DNA of 40,867 nucleotides from Bdellovibrionales bacterium (GCA_043739185.1 JAYUEN010000270.1:1-40867); one strand, 5' to 3'; positions 19,012 to 28,329 are shown, counted from the stretch's first letter. Notes: generated by a model from the letters alone, not told the origin. Translations and numbers: made by a program.

Positions 19012-21326
19012 AAAAGCCCGAATTAACTCCCAATGATGAGCCTGCGGCCAAAATTTCGAAACCAAGAGAAGTTGCCGGAGGATTAGCGTCGGTTTATTCA
19101 AGCCTTAAGTTCGCTTTGAAAGAAGCCGGTGTTTATCGCGGAATAAAAGAGTTGAAGCACATCAATCAAATGAAGGGCTTTGATTGTCCCGGTTGTGCTT
19201 GGCCCGATCCTGATGATCGCAGAGAATTGACTGAGTTTTGTGAAAATGGGGCTAAGGCCATTGCCGAAGAAGCAACCCAAAAAAGAGTAGATGCTGAGTT
19301 TTTTAAAAAACACTCAGTTGAAGAATTGTCCCGGTGGTCTGATTTTGAAATTGGCAAATCTGGCAGATTGACAAAGCCAATGATTCTAAAAGCGGGCGCA
19401 AAATTTTACGAGCCAATATCTTGGGAAGATGCCTTCGAAGAAATTGCCCGAGAGCTGAATCAACTTTCTGATCCAAATGAAGCTGTTTTTTATACATCAG
19501 GGCGCACCAGCAACGAAGCTGCATTTCTTTATCAATTATTTGTCCGATTATATGGTACGAATAATTTGCCTGATTGTTCGAATATGTGCCATGAATCGAG
19601 TGGCGTGGCACTTAAAGAAGTATTGGGAATCGGCAAGGGGAGTATACGCCTTGAAGATTTTAATTCCGCGGACTGTATATTAATAGTTGGTCAAAACCCC
19701 GGAACAAATCATCCGCGAATGCTCACCGCACTTCAAAAAGCAGCTCGAAACAATTGCAAGATCATTAGCATAAATCCTCTTTTTGAAACTGGCCTTAAAG
19801 CCTTTAAACATCCGCAAGAATTTTGGCGCTGGTTTGGCAGGGGTACTCCAATAGCTTGTTTGCATCTTCCGATAAGAGTTAATTCAGACATGGCTCTTCT
19901 TAAAGGCATCATGAAGGAATTATTAGCGCAGGAAATTTTGAAGCCGGGCAAGATCTTTGATTTAAATTTCATTCATCAAAACTGTTCGGGTTACGAAGAG
20001 TTTATTGAAAGTTTAAACAATACTAGCTGGACAGTTATTTTAGAAGAGACTGGGCTTAGCAGAGAAAATATTAAGGCCGCTGCTGACGTGATTGCAGAAT
20101 CAAAGCGCATGATTTGTTGTTGGGCCATGGGGCTCACGCAACAAACTGCGGCGGTTGAGTCTATTCAAGAAGTGGTGAATCTGCTTTTGTTGGGTGGGCA
20201 TTTGGGTCGCGAAGGTGCGGGGGTTTGCCCTGTAAGGGGTCATAGCAATGTGCAGGGTGATCGTACGATGGGTATTTTTGAGAAGCCTTCACAAGAATTT
20301 TTAGACGCTTTGAAGAATGAATTTGATTTTGAGCCACCTAGAGCGCATGGGCTTGATAGTGTCGAAGCTATTAAGAAAATGTATTCAAAGGAAGCTAAAG
20401 TCTTTTTTGCGCTTGGTGGGAATTTTCTTTCTGCAAGTCCTGATACAGAATATACAGCTAAGGCTTTGCGAAATTGTAATTTGACAGTGCAGATTTCAAC
20501 AAAATTAAATCGTAGTCATTTGGTTACCGGCAAAAGAGCTATTATCCTACCTTGTTTGGGGCGCACTGAAATCGATATTCAAGATTCTGTGGCCCAAATA
20601 GTAAGTGTAGAGAATTCAATGGGAGTAGTGCATTCAAGTAGGGGGAACTTAAAGCCACTTACAAAACTTCAAAAATCAGAAGTTGAAATCGTGGCGAGTC
20701 TTGCACATGCCTGTTTCAAAAATATCGAGTCAAAAAATACAAAAGTGAATTGGCTGAAACTATCGAAAAATTACGATCTCATTCGAGATCATATTTCTCA
20801 TGTAATTCCAGGCTTTGAAAATTTCAACGAAAAGCTCAAGAATCCTTCAGGATTTTATTTGCCTAATTTAGTCAGAGACTCAAAGTCTTTTGCTACTTCA
20901 AATAAAAAAGCCCAATTTAGTATTCACCAGATCAAAGAAGTGAAGCTCAAATCAGATGAACTCATTTTAATGACCTTACGTAGTCACGATCAATTTAATA
21001 CTACGATTTATGGCTTGGATGATCGCTACCGAGGCATTAAAGCCGGAAGACGAGTTTTATTTTTGAATCCCGAAGATATTCAAGATTTAGGATTTAAAGC
21101 AGGGGAATGGGTTGATATTACAAGTCACTTTGGGCAAGAGAAAAGAATCGCTCAGCGCTTTATGTTGGTAGAATATGAAATCCCAAGAAAGTGTGCGGCT
21201 ACTTATTTTCCTGAGGCAAATGTATTAGTCCCCATTCAAAGTGTTGCTGGTAAAAGCAATACGCCGACTTATAAATCAATTACTATTAGTTTGAAGAAAA
21301 GTTCACATATGAATGATAGATCATGA
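19008..21326 (+). CDS. FdhF/YdeP family molybdopterin oxidoreductase
   Basis: GFDCPGCAWPD, EFCENGAKA, YTSGRTSNEAAF, NLPDCSNMCHESSG, RGHSNVQG and RSHDQFNTTIYG. TTG start. Confidence 0.95.
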   Translation: MKKPELTPNDEPAAKISKPREVAGGLASVYSSLKFALKEAGVYRGIKELKHINQMKGFDCPGCAWPDPDDRRELTEFCENGAKAIAEEATQKRVDAEFFKKHSVEELSRWSDFEIGKSGRLTKPMILKAGAKFYEPISWEDAFEEIARELNQLSDPNEAVFYTSGRTSNEAAFLYQLFVRLYGTNNLPDCSNMCHESSGVALKEVLGIGKGSIRLEDFNSADCILIVGQNPGTNHPRMLTALQKAARNNCKIISINPLFETGLKAFKHPQEFWRWFGRGTPIACLHLPIRVNSDMALLKGIMKELLAQEILKPGKIFDLNFIHQNCSGYEEFIESLNNTSWTVILEETGLSRENIKAAADVIAESKRMICCWAMGLTQQTAAVESIQEVVNLLLLGGHLGREGAGVCPVRGHSNVQGDRTMGIFEKPSQEFLDALKNEFDFEPPRAHGLDSVEAIKKMYSKEAKVFFALGGNFLSASPDTEYTAKALRNCNLTVQISTKLNRSHLVTGKRAIILPCLGRTEIDIQDSVAQIVSVENSMGVVHSSRGNLKPLTKLQKSEVEIVASLAHACFKNIESKNTKVNWLKLSKNYDLIRDHISHVIPGFENFNEKLKNPSGFYLPNLVRDSKSFATSNKKAQFSIHQIKEVKLKSDELILMTLRSHDQFNTTIYGLDDRYRGIKAGRRVLFLNPEDIQDLGFKAGEWVDITSHFGQEKRIAQRFMLVEYEIPRKCAATYFPEANVLVPIQSVAGKSNTPTYKSITISLKKSSHMNDRS

Positions 21327-21934
21327 ATTTAAAAGCTATAATTCTTGCCGGTGGATATAGTACTCGATTTGGGCAAGATAAATCTCTTTTTAAAGTAAAT
21401 GGCGAAACTTTAGTTGAAAGAGCAATTCAAGCTTTAAGGCCCCATATTGAAGAAATTCATTTGGCGGTCAGAAAAGAGCAGGTTAACAATTTTACTGATC
21501 TCGTTCCGCGCTCAATTATAATCCTCGAAGATAATTTAAGAGATATCGGCCCCGGAGCTGCACTCTTTAAAGCCTTTCAAGTTGATCCTTTGGCACATTG
21601 GCTGGTCTTAGCTTGTGATTTTGTTTATGTAAATCACGAGGCAATTGAAGCTTTACTTCAAGAAGCAAGTATTCATACGGGCTACGATATTGTTTGTTAT
21701 CAGAATTCAGAAGCCTACTCGGAACCGCTTTTTGCAATCTGGAGCCCGCAAGCCCTAGCAGAATTGCGCGATAATATCGATAAAACCATTTATGGGCCGA
21801 TGGCATGTCTTAAAAGTTTAAAATGCTTAAATGTAAAATTAAATGATGAAAGAGTTTTATTTAATCTTAATTCGCCTGTAACGGAGAAAGATCTTATTTT
21901 TTCAATGCCGAAGACATCTTCCACATTGGCATAA
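21323..21934 (+). CDS. mobA: Molybdenum cofactor guanylyltransferase
   Basis: ILAGGYSTRFGQDK, LVLACD, EPLFAIW and FNLNSP. Confidence 0.92.
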   Translation: MNLKAIILAGGYSTRFGQDKSLFKVNGETLVERAIQALRPHIEEIHLAVRKEQVNNFTDLVPRSIIILEDNLRDIGPGAALFKAFQVDPLAHWLVLACDFVYVNHEAIEALLQEASIHTGYDIVCYQNSEAYSEPLFAIWSPQALAELRDNIDKTIYGPMACLKSLKCLNVKLNDERVLFNLNSPVTEKDLIFSMPKTSSTLA

Positions 21935-23120
21935 AGACGGCAAGTGCAAGTATTAGCACAATACCAAAAATAACAAATAATAAAATAGGTTCGATTAGCT
22001 TTGAGAGATTATTTAATTTATAATCGACCTGAGTTTTATAAAAATTTGAAATATGTTTTAAAACGCTTGGCAAACTTCCGCCTTCTTCTCCGATTGCTAA
22101 GAGGCCTGCGACTAGTTTCGGAAATGCTTTGGCATTCTCTAGGCCCGTAGCAAGGCTTCCGCCTTTTTCAATAATTACTTGGCAGGCCATGACATCTTCT
22201 TCAACAACCATATTGGTAAGCGATTTGGCAACGAAGCGAAAGGCCTCAAGAATCGGCACGCCGCTCTCAAGCATGACTTCTAAGAGAACACAAAAAGTAT
22301 TGATTTCAATTTGTAAGAGTAGGGGGCCAAGCACAGGAAGTTTTATTAATTTTGAATCATACCAATAACGAGAAACCGGGTTTTTAAGCATCGCTTGATA
22401 ACCAAAATATATTCCGGCGCCAATTGCAATCACCAGATACCAATATTCAACAAAAGCATCTGAAGTATTCATGACGATTTGGGTGATAAGGGGTAGATCG
22501 GCACCAAGTCCGGTGAAAAAAGATTTTAGCCTTGGTAAAACAAGATAGACCACAACAAATAAAACAATTGCGAAAAATCCAAAAACCATTTTTGGATAAA
22601 AGGTTGCTGACTTTACTTTTTCTCTTTGTTCAGATCGCTTTTCAATTAAGCTTGAGGCTTTTTCTAGCATGACTTGCAATTGTCCGCTGGCCTCTCCGAT
22701 TTTTACTAGATTAATATAAACCGGATCAAAAATATGACTTTGTTTTTCAAGGGCTGCAAAAAATGTGGATCCGTCAGCAATGGCGTCGGTCATTTCAGCA
22801 ATGGCTTTTTTTAAAAGTGGATTTGCAGTTTGCTCATGCAAGAGCTTCATCCCGTGAAGAATCGGAATGCCCACAGCATAAATGATCTGCATCTGCCGAC
22901 TGAACATCATGAGATCTTCAATCTTAACCCCTTGAGTGAAGTCTCGCCATTTCTCCGATACAAATTTTTGAATATCAAAAGCTTTTGAGGCTTTTAACTG
23001 AATGGCAATGAGTCCGCTTGATGAAATCTTTTTTCGCGCAGATTTCGGATCTTCAGCTTGTACTTGGCCGGTTACTAATTTGCCATCCGTGCCGCGCGCC
23101 CGGTATTCGAAATTTTGCAT
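21894..23120 (-). CDS. Type IV pilus/T2SS inner membrane platform protein (PilC/GspF/MshG)
   Basis: FEYRA N-terminus, two GspF repeats (GEASGQL, GEEGGSL), YPK-TM and IEPIL...FMPMW. Confidence 0.95.
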   Translation of the reverse strand: MQNFEYRARGTDGKLVTGQVQAEDPKSARKKISSSGLIAIQLKASKAFDIQKFVSEKWRDFTQGVKIEDLMMFSRQMQIIYAVGIPILHGMKLLHEQTANPLLKKAIAEMTDAIADGSTFFAALEKQSHIFDPVYINLVKIGEASGQLQVMLEKASSLIEKRSEQREKVKSATFYPKMVFGFFAIVLFVVVYLVLPRLKSFFTGLGADLPLITQIVMNTSDAFVEYWYLVIAIGAGIYFGYQAMLKNPVSRYWYDSKLIKLPVLGPLLLQIEINTFCVLLEVMLESGVPILEAFRFVAKSLTNMVVEEDVMACQVIIEKGGSLATGLENAKAFPKLVAGLLAIGEEGGSLPSVLKHISNFYKTQVDYKLNNLSKLIEPILLFVIFGIVLILALAVFMPMWKMSSALKK

Positions 23121-23209
23121 AGTAAAATTATCTACTTTTTTTGAACTAAGGTCTATTTTGAGCTAATTATACAGGTGAAAACTGGGCTAAGAGGCTAAGT
23201 CCTTTGTGA

Positions 23210-24451
23210 TTAAAGACCGGGTATGGTCAGATACTCACAGCCAAGATTGTGAACAACTTTAATGGTGACGGTTCCAGCGCCACTCATTGAAGTACTAAAA
23301 TCAATTTTGAATGATTGATTGTTGCCGGTTGAAAACGCAAGCACGGGTGCAATGGTAGCCAGAGTAGAGTCATCAGCCACTGGACAAGGTGAAATCACAC
23401 TTGCCGAGCCGGTGCCATTGCAATTTGACTTAAGCCCTGCGGAGGAAAAGGTAGACCAAGTTGCGACTCGCGAATTGGTAATGCCAACATGGCTAATATT
23501 TAAATTTGCAGTTACATTGGCACTAAAATTTAATCGGGAAGATCCCGCGTTAAGTGACATAGTTCCGGCAACAAACTGCATTGCTCCGTACGGAGTTGCG
23601 CATCCTGGGCCCCCGCCGCCTGCTCCGCCGCCAATATCTACTGAAGAATATCGAACTGTATAATTTGGGCTATCAATTGTGATAAGAGTTGGTCCCACAG
23701 TTGTTGTTGGTGCCCCCTTATTCGGAATATAAACGCTGATACTTCTCTTGCCAAAAGGAATTCCCGCAAAATTAAAGGCGCCTTTGGCAGCAGCTAAAAT
23801 ACTTACGAGTGTGGTTTTAAGTGCGCCGGTTCCGTCAGGATAATTTATTTCAATATCAGCAGGGCCGATATAAGGATCTGAATTATTCGAGACAAAACCA
23901 TAAACATTTGCGGTTTGTAAACTCACCGGAAGATTCACAACGATGTCCGTATTTAATCCGGTACCACCTGCCACGCCGTCAGCGCCGTAACTTGTAATAT
24001 TCGGTGGGCTCGCAGCAGGATTGTAAATATAAGCTCGTCCCCAGCCATCAAGTCCAAAATTTGCTCCGGCATTAGATGAGGTGAGATAAGGACCATTCCA
24101 GCCTCTACCGAATCGCACGGTTTGGTCTAAGGTCCATGCGACTAAGCCGGGATTGGTAGTGAGAGCCGCGATTCCTTGAGCGGCAGTTGGGATAGCACCA
24201 ATGTCTCCAAGAAAACCAAACTGTGTACGTTGCCCTCGGTGAGTGACTGAAGTATCTCCCAAGATTGCATCGCGAATCATTTTCATTTCGGCAACAGTGG
24301 CATCAAAGCGACTTTGATCAATGCTGTCACCAATGGGTCCCAGCGAGACCACAGTCAAAACGCCGATGATAGTGACGACCATGAGGACTTCCATGATAGT
24401 GAAGCCACCCTGAGATTTAAAAATTTTAAAGCGTTGGGAAAATTTGAGCAT
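23210..24451 (-). CDS. Large GspG-like pilin with two extra C-terminal beta domains
   Basis: G|FTIME prepilin site, WNGPYL, DGWGRAY, SYGADG, a Gly-rich linker and a 4-Cys C-terminal domain. Confidence 0.85.
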   Translation of the reverse strand: MLKFSQRFKIFKSQGGFTIMEVLMVVTIIGVLTVVSLGPIGDSIDQSRFDATVAEMKMIRDAILGDTSVTHRGQRTQFGFLGDIGAIPTAAQGIAALTTNPGLVAWTLDQTVRFGRGWNGPYLTSSNAGANFGLDGWGRAYIYNPAASPPNITSYGADGVAGGTGLNTDIVVNLPVSLQTANVYGFVSNNSDPYIGPADIEINYPDGTGALKTTLVSILAAAKGAFNFAGIPFGKRSISVYIPNKGAPTTTVGPTLITIDSPNYTVRYSSVDIGGGAGGGGPGCATPYGAMQFVAGTMSLNAGSSRLNFSANVTANLNISHVGITNSRVATWSTFSSAGLKSNCNGTGSASVISPCPVADDSTLATIAPVLAFSTGNNQSFKIDFSTSMSGAGTVTIKVVHNLGCEYLTIPGL

Positions 24452-24487
24452 TGAAAATATTGTATACGACTACGCACTTAGTTTTAA

Positions 24488-25300
24488 TTAAAATTCAAAG
24501 GCCGTCGGTGGAATTACATAGTTTGCATTATCAATTGTAAAAAGAGCAGGACCAATGGTTGTTGTGGGCGCAACTTTGCTTGGAATATAAACGGTAGCAC
24601 TTCTAATGCCGAGTGGAACGCCTGCAAAACTAAAGGCGCCCTTGGCTGCGGCCACAATTGTTGTTGATACTGTTTTAAGTGCGCCGGTTCCGTCAGGATA
24701 ATAAATTTCTATAACGGCGCCGCCGGCATAAGGATTCGAATTGCTCGTTATAAATCCGTAAACGCTTGCGGTTTGCATACTCGTTGGGAGTTGCACTACG
24801 ATGTCGGTATTTAAACCTGTACCGCCAGCGACACCGTCAGCACCGTAGCTGGTAATATTCGGAGGGCTCGCGCCGGGATTATACATAATAGCCCTTCCCC
24901 AACCATCGACTCCAAAATTTGTTCCGGCTTGACCGGTTGAAATATAAGGTCCATTCCAGCCTCGACCAAAGCGTACCGATTGATCAAGTGACCAGGCGAC
25001 TAAACCAGGATTTGTTGTCAGAGCAGCGATTCCTTGAGCAGCACTTGGGATGGCGCCAATATCACCAAGAAAACCAAAACTTGTTCGAAGCCCCATATCA
25101 GTAATGGTGGTATCACCTACGATTGCATCGCGAAGCATTTTAATTCTGGTGACGGTGACATCAAATCGCCCTTGATCAATCGAGTTGGTAATTGGGGTGA
25201 GGGAGACCACAGTTAAAACTCCAACTATGGTGATCACCATTAAAACTTCAATGAGAGTAAATCCCAAATTAGATTTAAAAGTTGTTGAAGCTGATATCAT
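24488..25300 (-). CDS. GspG-like pilin with a C-terminal beta-sandwich-like domain; paralogue of 23210..24451
   Basis: G|FTLIE, WNGPYI, DGWG and SYGADG. Start at ATG 25300. Confidence 0.85.
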   Translation of the reverse strand: MISASTTFKSNLGFTLIEVLMVITIVGVLTVVSLTPITNSIDQGRFDVTVTRIKMLRDAIVGDTTITDMGLRTSFGFLGDIGAIPSAAQGIAALTTNPGLVAWSLDQSVRFGRGWNGPYISTGQAGTNFGVDGWGRAIMYNPGASPPNITSYGADGVAGGTGLNTDIVVQLPTSMQTASVYGFITSNSNPYAGGAVIEIYYPDGTGALKTVSTTIVAAAKGAFSFAGVPLGIRSATVYIPSKVAPTTTIGPALFTIDNANYVIPPTAFEF

Positions 25301-25736
25301 CAGAGTCCCCACAAGCTAAATTTGGACCGCAGCTTACAATTGTGACTTGATTATAAGTAAAGGGCTTGCCCCAACCATCGGTTTGATAGTCGTTTGTGAC
25401 AGTCATAGTTTGGTCGACATAGGGTCCGCACCAGCCCCTCAAACTTCTGTAGGTAGCACTTGCGGTATTGCCATCAACAGTACAAGGAGTTGCAGTGGCG
25501 ACCACCAAATCTGTCAAAGTAGTTGGCGCGCCCGGATTATGAAGTTTGTATTTTCGAATTGCGGCCTGTAAAACATCGGCCCTTTGGTAGGTGAGAGAGA
25601 CTTGTTGGGCTTTTATTGAAGGCGCAATACTTACAAAGAGCCCAGCTGAAAATAATCCCATTGCGAGAATGATCATCAATACACTTAATAAAGTGAAGCC
25701 ATCTTGATCATCACTAAAAGCTAATAGTGATATCAT
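25275..25736 (-). CDS. GspG-like minor pilin lacking Glu5
   Basis: G|FTLLS, GWCGPY, DGWG and SCGPNLACGDSDDI. Start at ATG 25736. Confidence 0.8.
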   Translation of the reverse strand: MISLLAFSDDQDGFTLLSVLMIILAMGLFSAGLFVSIAPSIKAQQVSLTYQRADVLQAAIRKYKLHNPGAPTTLTDLVVATATPCTVDGNTASATYRSLRGWCGPYVDQTMTVTNDYQTDGWGKPFTYNQVTIVSCGPNLACGDSDDISFNNF

Positions 25737-26181
25737 CAGCATCTCCACAAACTTTATTGGCGCCACAACTCTTAATAGTTCTGCCGGCAGAACTATAAAC
25801 AAGCGCAGTTCCCCAGGCGTCTTTATTCCAGTTGGGTTCAATAGTTGAGATGTAAGGGCCGCGCCAACCTTTTTTTAAAAATGGATCATAGGCCGCATTA
25901 GCGCCTTGAGTAGTTAAATCGGTAAGTGCTGTCGGAACACTTCCTACTTGATTGATAAAACCAGGATTTGTATAAGCACCAGCGGTGATCAAACTAGGAT
26001 CGCCAATGATAGCCGTGCGTAGTTCTCCCATGCGAGTAAGAGTTACATTTTTTTTCGCATCTGAACTAAAATCAACAAAGTTTGCAGCTGCCACTGCACT
26101 CAAAATGCCGAGCAAAGCAATGACCATCATCACTTCAAAAAGTGTGAATCCAAATTGATTTTGAAATTTATTTTTCTTCAA
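25714..26181 (-). CDS. GspG-like pilin
   Basis: G|FTLFE, GWRGPY, DAWG and SCGANKVCGDADDI. Confidence 0.88.
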   Translation of the reverse strand: MKKNKFQNQFGFTLFEVMMVIALLGILSAVAAANFVDFSSDAKKNVTLTRMGELRTAIIGDPSLITAGAYTNPGFINQVGSVPTALTDLTTQGANAAYDPFLKKGWRGPYISTIEPNWNKDAWGTALVYSSAGRTIKSCGANKVCGDADDITISF

Positions 26182-26256
26182 TTGGTCATCCTTGGTCTTT
26201 GCCTCAATACTTCATATTTATTGTAAGGTGATTTTCATAAATTTGCTAAAGCAATT

Positions 26257-26805
26257 TCAATAGGTGTACTCACCTGAGGCCGCGCCTCCGCCATTATTAT
26301 TTGAGTTCGCCCACATGATGCCGGTAAGAGCATTGTAACACCAGCCGCCTGAATTAACTCCCCAATTGGTAGAGTCGCAAGATTTGACATTGTTCCTGGC
26401 GCAGCCACTTGTAACACAAGCAGTGATAGCGTGACGACCTGCTGCAGAGACGGACGAGCCAGACCAAGGGTTGTCGGGATATTGGCTCGGGACTATACGA
26501 CGATCATTCGCAGACGGAATCATCAAAGCGGTACAAGGTGATGCACCATTGGTGATATCATTGTTTTGCATTTGTAATATAGTAGGAAAGCTTCCTGAGG
26601 CAGCATTACAGCGAAGGTACATTTGCGATTGTTGAATTGAAATGGCGGTTCGAATGGCTGCTACAGTTGATTGCACAAGTGCATTTCTGGCGTCAGCTCT
26701 AAAATCAACAAATTGGGGGATTGCAACTACTGCTAAAATGGTCACAAGAATTATGACCATCATCATCTCTATTAGGGTAAAGCCTTTATGATTTTTTCCT
26801 TTCAT
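26257..26805 (-). CDS. Type IV pilin, MshA-like N-terminus (paralogue 3)
   Basis: KG|FTLIEMMMVI...AIPQFVDFRADA; 6 Cys. Confidence 0.92.
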   Translation of the reverse strand: MKGKNHKGFTLIEMMMVIILVTILAVVAIPQFVDFRADARNALVQSTVAAIRTAISIQQSQMYLRCNAASGSFPTILQMQNNDITNGASPCTALMIPSANDRRIVPSQYPDNPWSGSSVSAAGRHAITACVTSGCARNNVKSCDSTNWGVNSGGWCYNALTGIMWANSNNNGGGAASGEYTY

Positions 26806-26858
26806 AAGGCCCCTTGTTAAACACGCAAGAAGCTGAACATTTTAAAATTTAAGTCAGA

Positions 26859-27398
26859 TTAAAATGTATAGTCTTGTGCGGTTGCTGAACCGTTATTATT
26901 TGAATTTGCCCAAACAGTTCCTTTTGAGGCATCATAGCACCAACCACCATCAGCAGAAGAATAGGCAGCGCCAGCGCAATTTGTTCCTGAACGCGCACAA
27001 CCAGTAGCTCCCCCGCAGGCAGCAACTACACGTTTACTTGCAGCGGTTGAACCTGACCATGGATTGTCGGGCAACTGATTCGGAACGAAAGCTCTCTCTG
27101 CCACGACAGGTACCATCGCAGCCGTACAAGGTGATGCTCCTATAGTAATATCATTACCAGTAAATTGTGCATTCGTAGGATATGTTCCCGATGGAGCACT
27201 ACAACGAAGTAACATCTGACCAGTTTGAACTGCGAGTGCAGTTCGAAGTGCACCCAAAGAAGAGTTCACTGCGGCATTTTTCGCATCTGTTCTAAAATCT
27301 ACGAATTGTGGGATCGCAACTGCTGCTAAGATCGCAACGAGCATGATCACCATCATCATCTCAATCAAGGTAAAACCTTTTTGATTTGTCTTTTTCAT
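26859..27398 (-). CDS. Type IV pilin, MshA-like N-terminus (paralogue 2; candidate major pilin)
   Basis: KG|FTLIE, strong AGGAGGAG RBS, 6 Cys. Confidence 0.92.
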   Translation of the reverse strand: MKKTNQKGFTLIEMMMVIMLVAILAAVAIPQFVDFRTDAKNAAVNSSLGALRTALAVQTGQMLLRCSAPSGTYPTNAQFTGNDITIGASPCTAAMVPVVAERAFVPNQLPDNPWSGSTAASKRVVAACGGATGCARSGTNCAGAAYSSADGGWCYDASKGTVWANSNNNGSATAQDYTF

Positions 27399-27466
27399 TT
27401 TCTCTCTCCTCCTGTTAACGTACCACTTGGTTAAAAAAAGTTAGTAAACGTCATTAATTAACAAAA

Positions 27467-28021
27467 TTAAAATGCGTATTCGCCATTTGGTGCAGCGACA
27501 CCATTATTATTTGAGTTTGCCCAGAAAGCACCAGTTGCTGGGTTATAGCACCAACCACCAACACCTGTGCCCCATGCAGTTGCGCCGTCGCAAGAAACGG
27601 TACCATCTCTCAAACAACCATTGGCTCCACAAGTTATAACAACATGTCTTCCGGCAGGAAGAACAGCAGAACCTGACCACGGATTATCCGGAATTTGATT
27701 TGGAGTAAATGATCTCTCGCCAACACTTGGCACCATGGCACCAGTACAAGGCGCGCCACCAGTAGTAATATCGTTTGCGTTTATCTGAGCAGTTGTAGGC
27801 AAAGTTCCTGATGGAGCACTACAACGAACTAACATCTGACCAGTTTGACTCGCGATCGCTGTGCGAACTGCACCCAAAGCCGAATTGACCGATGCATTTT
27901 TTGCATCCGATCTAAAATCAATAAATTGCGGAATGGCAACTGCCGCTAAGATTGCGACAAGCATAATCACCATCAACATTTCGATCAATGTGAACCCGTT
28001 TTGTTTTACATTTCGACCCAT
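27467..28021 (-). CDS. Type IV pilin, MshA-like N-terminus (paralogue 1)
   Basis: Start at MGRNVKQNG|FTLIE after AAGGGGA; 6 Cys. Confidence 0.92.
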   Translation of the reverse strand: MGRNVKQNGFTLIEMLMVIMLVAILAAVAIPQFIDFRSDAKNASVNSALGAVRTAIASQTGQMLVRCSAPSGTLPTTAQINANDITTGGAPCTGAMVPSVGERSFTPNQIPDNPWSGSAVLPAGRHVVITCGANGCLRDGTVSCDGATAWGTGVGGWCYNPATGAFWANSNNNGVAAPNGEYAF

Positions 28022-28115
28022 GTGCTTATTCCCCTTAAAAGGCTCGCTGATTTTCACCACGCGAGAGTTGTTGTATATTGAATCTGTGATTATCAAAGTT
28101 TCTCGGCCACTAGAC

Positions 28116-28142
28116 CTATCGGAGCGCCAAAATTAAACTTTA
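28116..28142 (-). promoter_or_regulatory. sigma28 (FliA)-type promoter for the pilin operon
   Basis: Minus strand TAAAGTTT-N11-TCCGATAG versus consensus TAAAGTTT-N11-GCCGATAA. Confidence 0.65.
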
Positions 28143-28281
28143 ATTCTCATGGCTGAAAGTGTATTCGAATATTTATCAAATTGATACAGTACGTAGGTCG
28201 TGAAACGTTTCAGTCTGATACAAGTCTGGGTTTACAACTCGACTCAAGCTCTAAGTCCAGAAAGTTAAAAGTCTAGTCCTA

Positions 28282-28309
28282 TCAAATGTTTTAGTGGGTA
28301 TTCCGAATA
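28282..28309 (+). promoter_or_regulatory. Candidate sigma28-type promoter for the assembly operon
   Basis: TCAAATGT-N12-TCCGAATA, about 20 nt upstream of the ATG. Confidence 0.4.
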
Positions 28310-28329
28310 GGCAAATAAGGAGAACCCAT

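Noticed and set aside
23210..28021. DGR, shufflon or silent pilS-type cassette system
   Set aside because: No reverse transcriptase, recombinase or inverted cassettes are present, and all pilin copies are full length with leaders.
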